64,000 nucleotides of DNA, from the NCBI GenBank assembly GCA_024679065.1, contig JAGIQG010000009.1, forward strand, positions 22,692,001-22,756,000, written 5' to 3'. This document shows positions 63,668 through 64,000 of this stretch, in pieces (position 1 is the first letter of the stretch; each line of letters begins with the position of its first letter). This DNA is from Sphyrna mokarran. Lineage: Eukaryota. A program made the position numbers and the translations under genes. The notes under the pieces were generated by a model. The model had not been told where the DNA came from, ran no database searches, and saw nothing but the letters and a program-made list of their open reading frames with translations.

Positions 63668-64000
63668 GTCATAGAATCCTGACAGTGTGGGAAGGGGGTC
63701 ATTCAGCCCATTGAGTCTGCACTGACCCTCCAACAGAGCATTCTACCCAGACCCATCTACTATCCTGTCCACCAACCCCAAGTATTTACCCTGCAAACCC
63801 CCCTAACCTACAGATCCTGGGACACTAAGAGGCAATTTAGAAACAATACTTTTCACTGTATATTAATACATGTGACAATGAATCGAATCAAATCAAATCA
63901 AAGCACAGCCAATCCACCTAACCTACGCATCTTTGGACACTAAGGGAGACTTTACTATAGCTAATCCACCTAACCACACATCTTTGGACTGTAGGAGGAA
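63668..64000 (-). mobile_element. HE1-like V-SINE (runs off the window) with internal tandem unit and inserted Rex-like tail (63841-63902)
   Basis: catagaatcctgacagtg tail; repeated ctaacct..catct..ggacactaag; aatcaaatcaaatc insert. Confidence 0.7.

Overview
Vertebrate genomic DNA, most likely a cartilaginous fish (shark) judged from its HE1/V-SINE, Deu-SINE and CR1 repeat content. The window holds an internal part of the SZT2 (KICSTOR scaffold) gene on the + strand: 18 GT-AG exons (3952-63202, 2731 nt, ~910 codons) whose phases join into one open frame. Neither the start nor the stop of the gene is in the window. Introns are dense in repeats: CR1 LINEs (one young copy with an intact RT frame), L2- and Rex1-like LINE ends, several SINE families, Penelope-like (PLE) remnants, PIF/Harbinger-like MITEs and a solo LTR. 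Most notable: (i) three frame-preserving 42-66 nt candidate cassette exons I do not recognise from human SZT2; (ii) three distinct PLE-borne minimal hammerhead ribozyme families, one with a U3-A8 compensated core; (iii) a CR1 whose 3' UTR appears to contain a captured V-SINE; (iv) a possibly spliced antisense 200-codon ORF. All calls are by eye and from remembered family consensus. Repeat boundaries are approximate.
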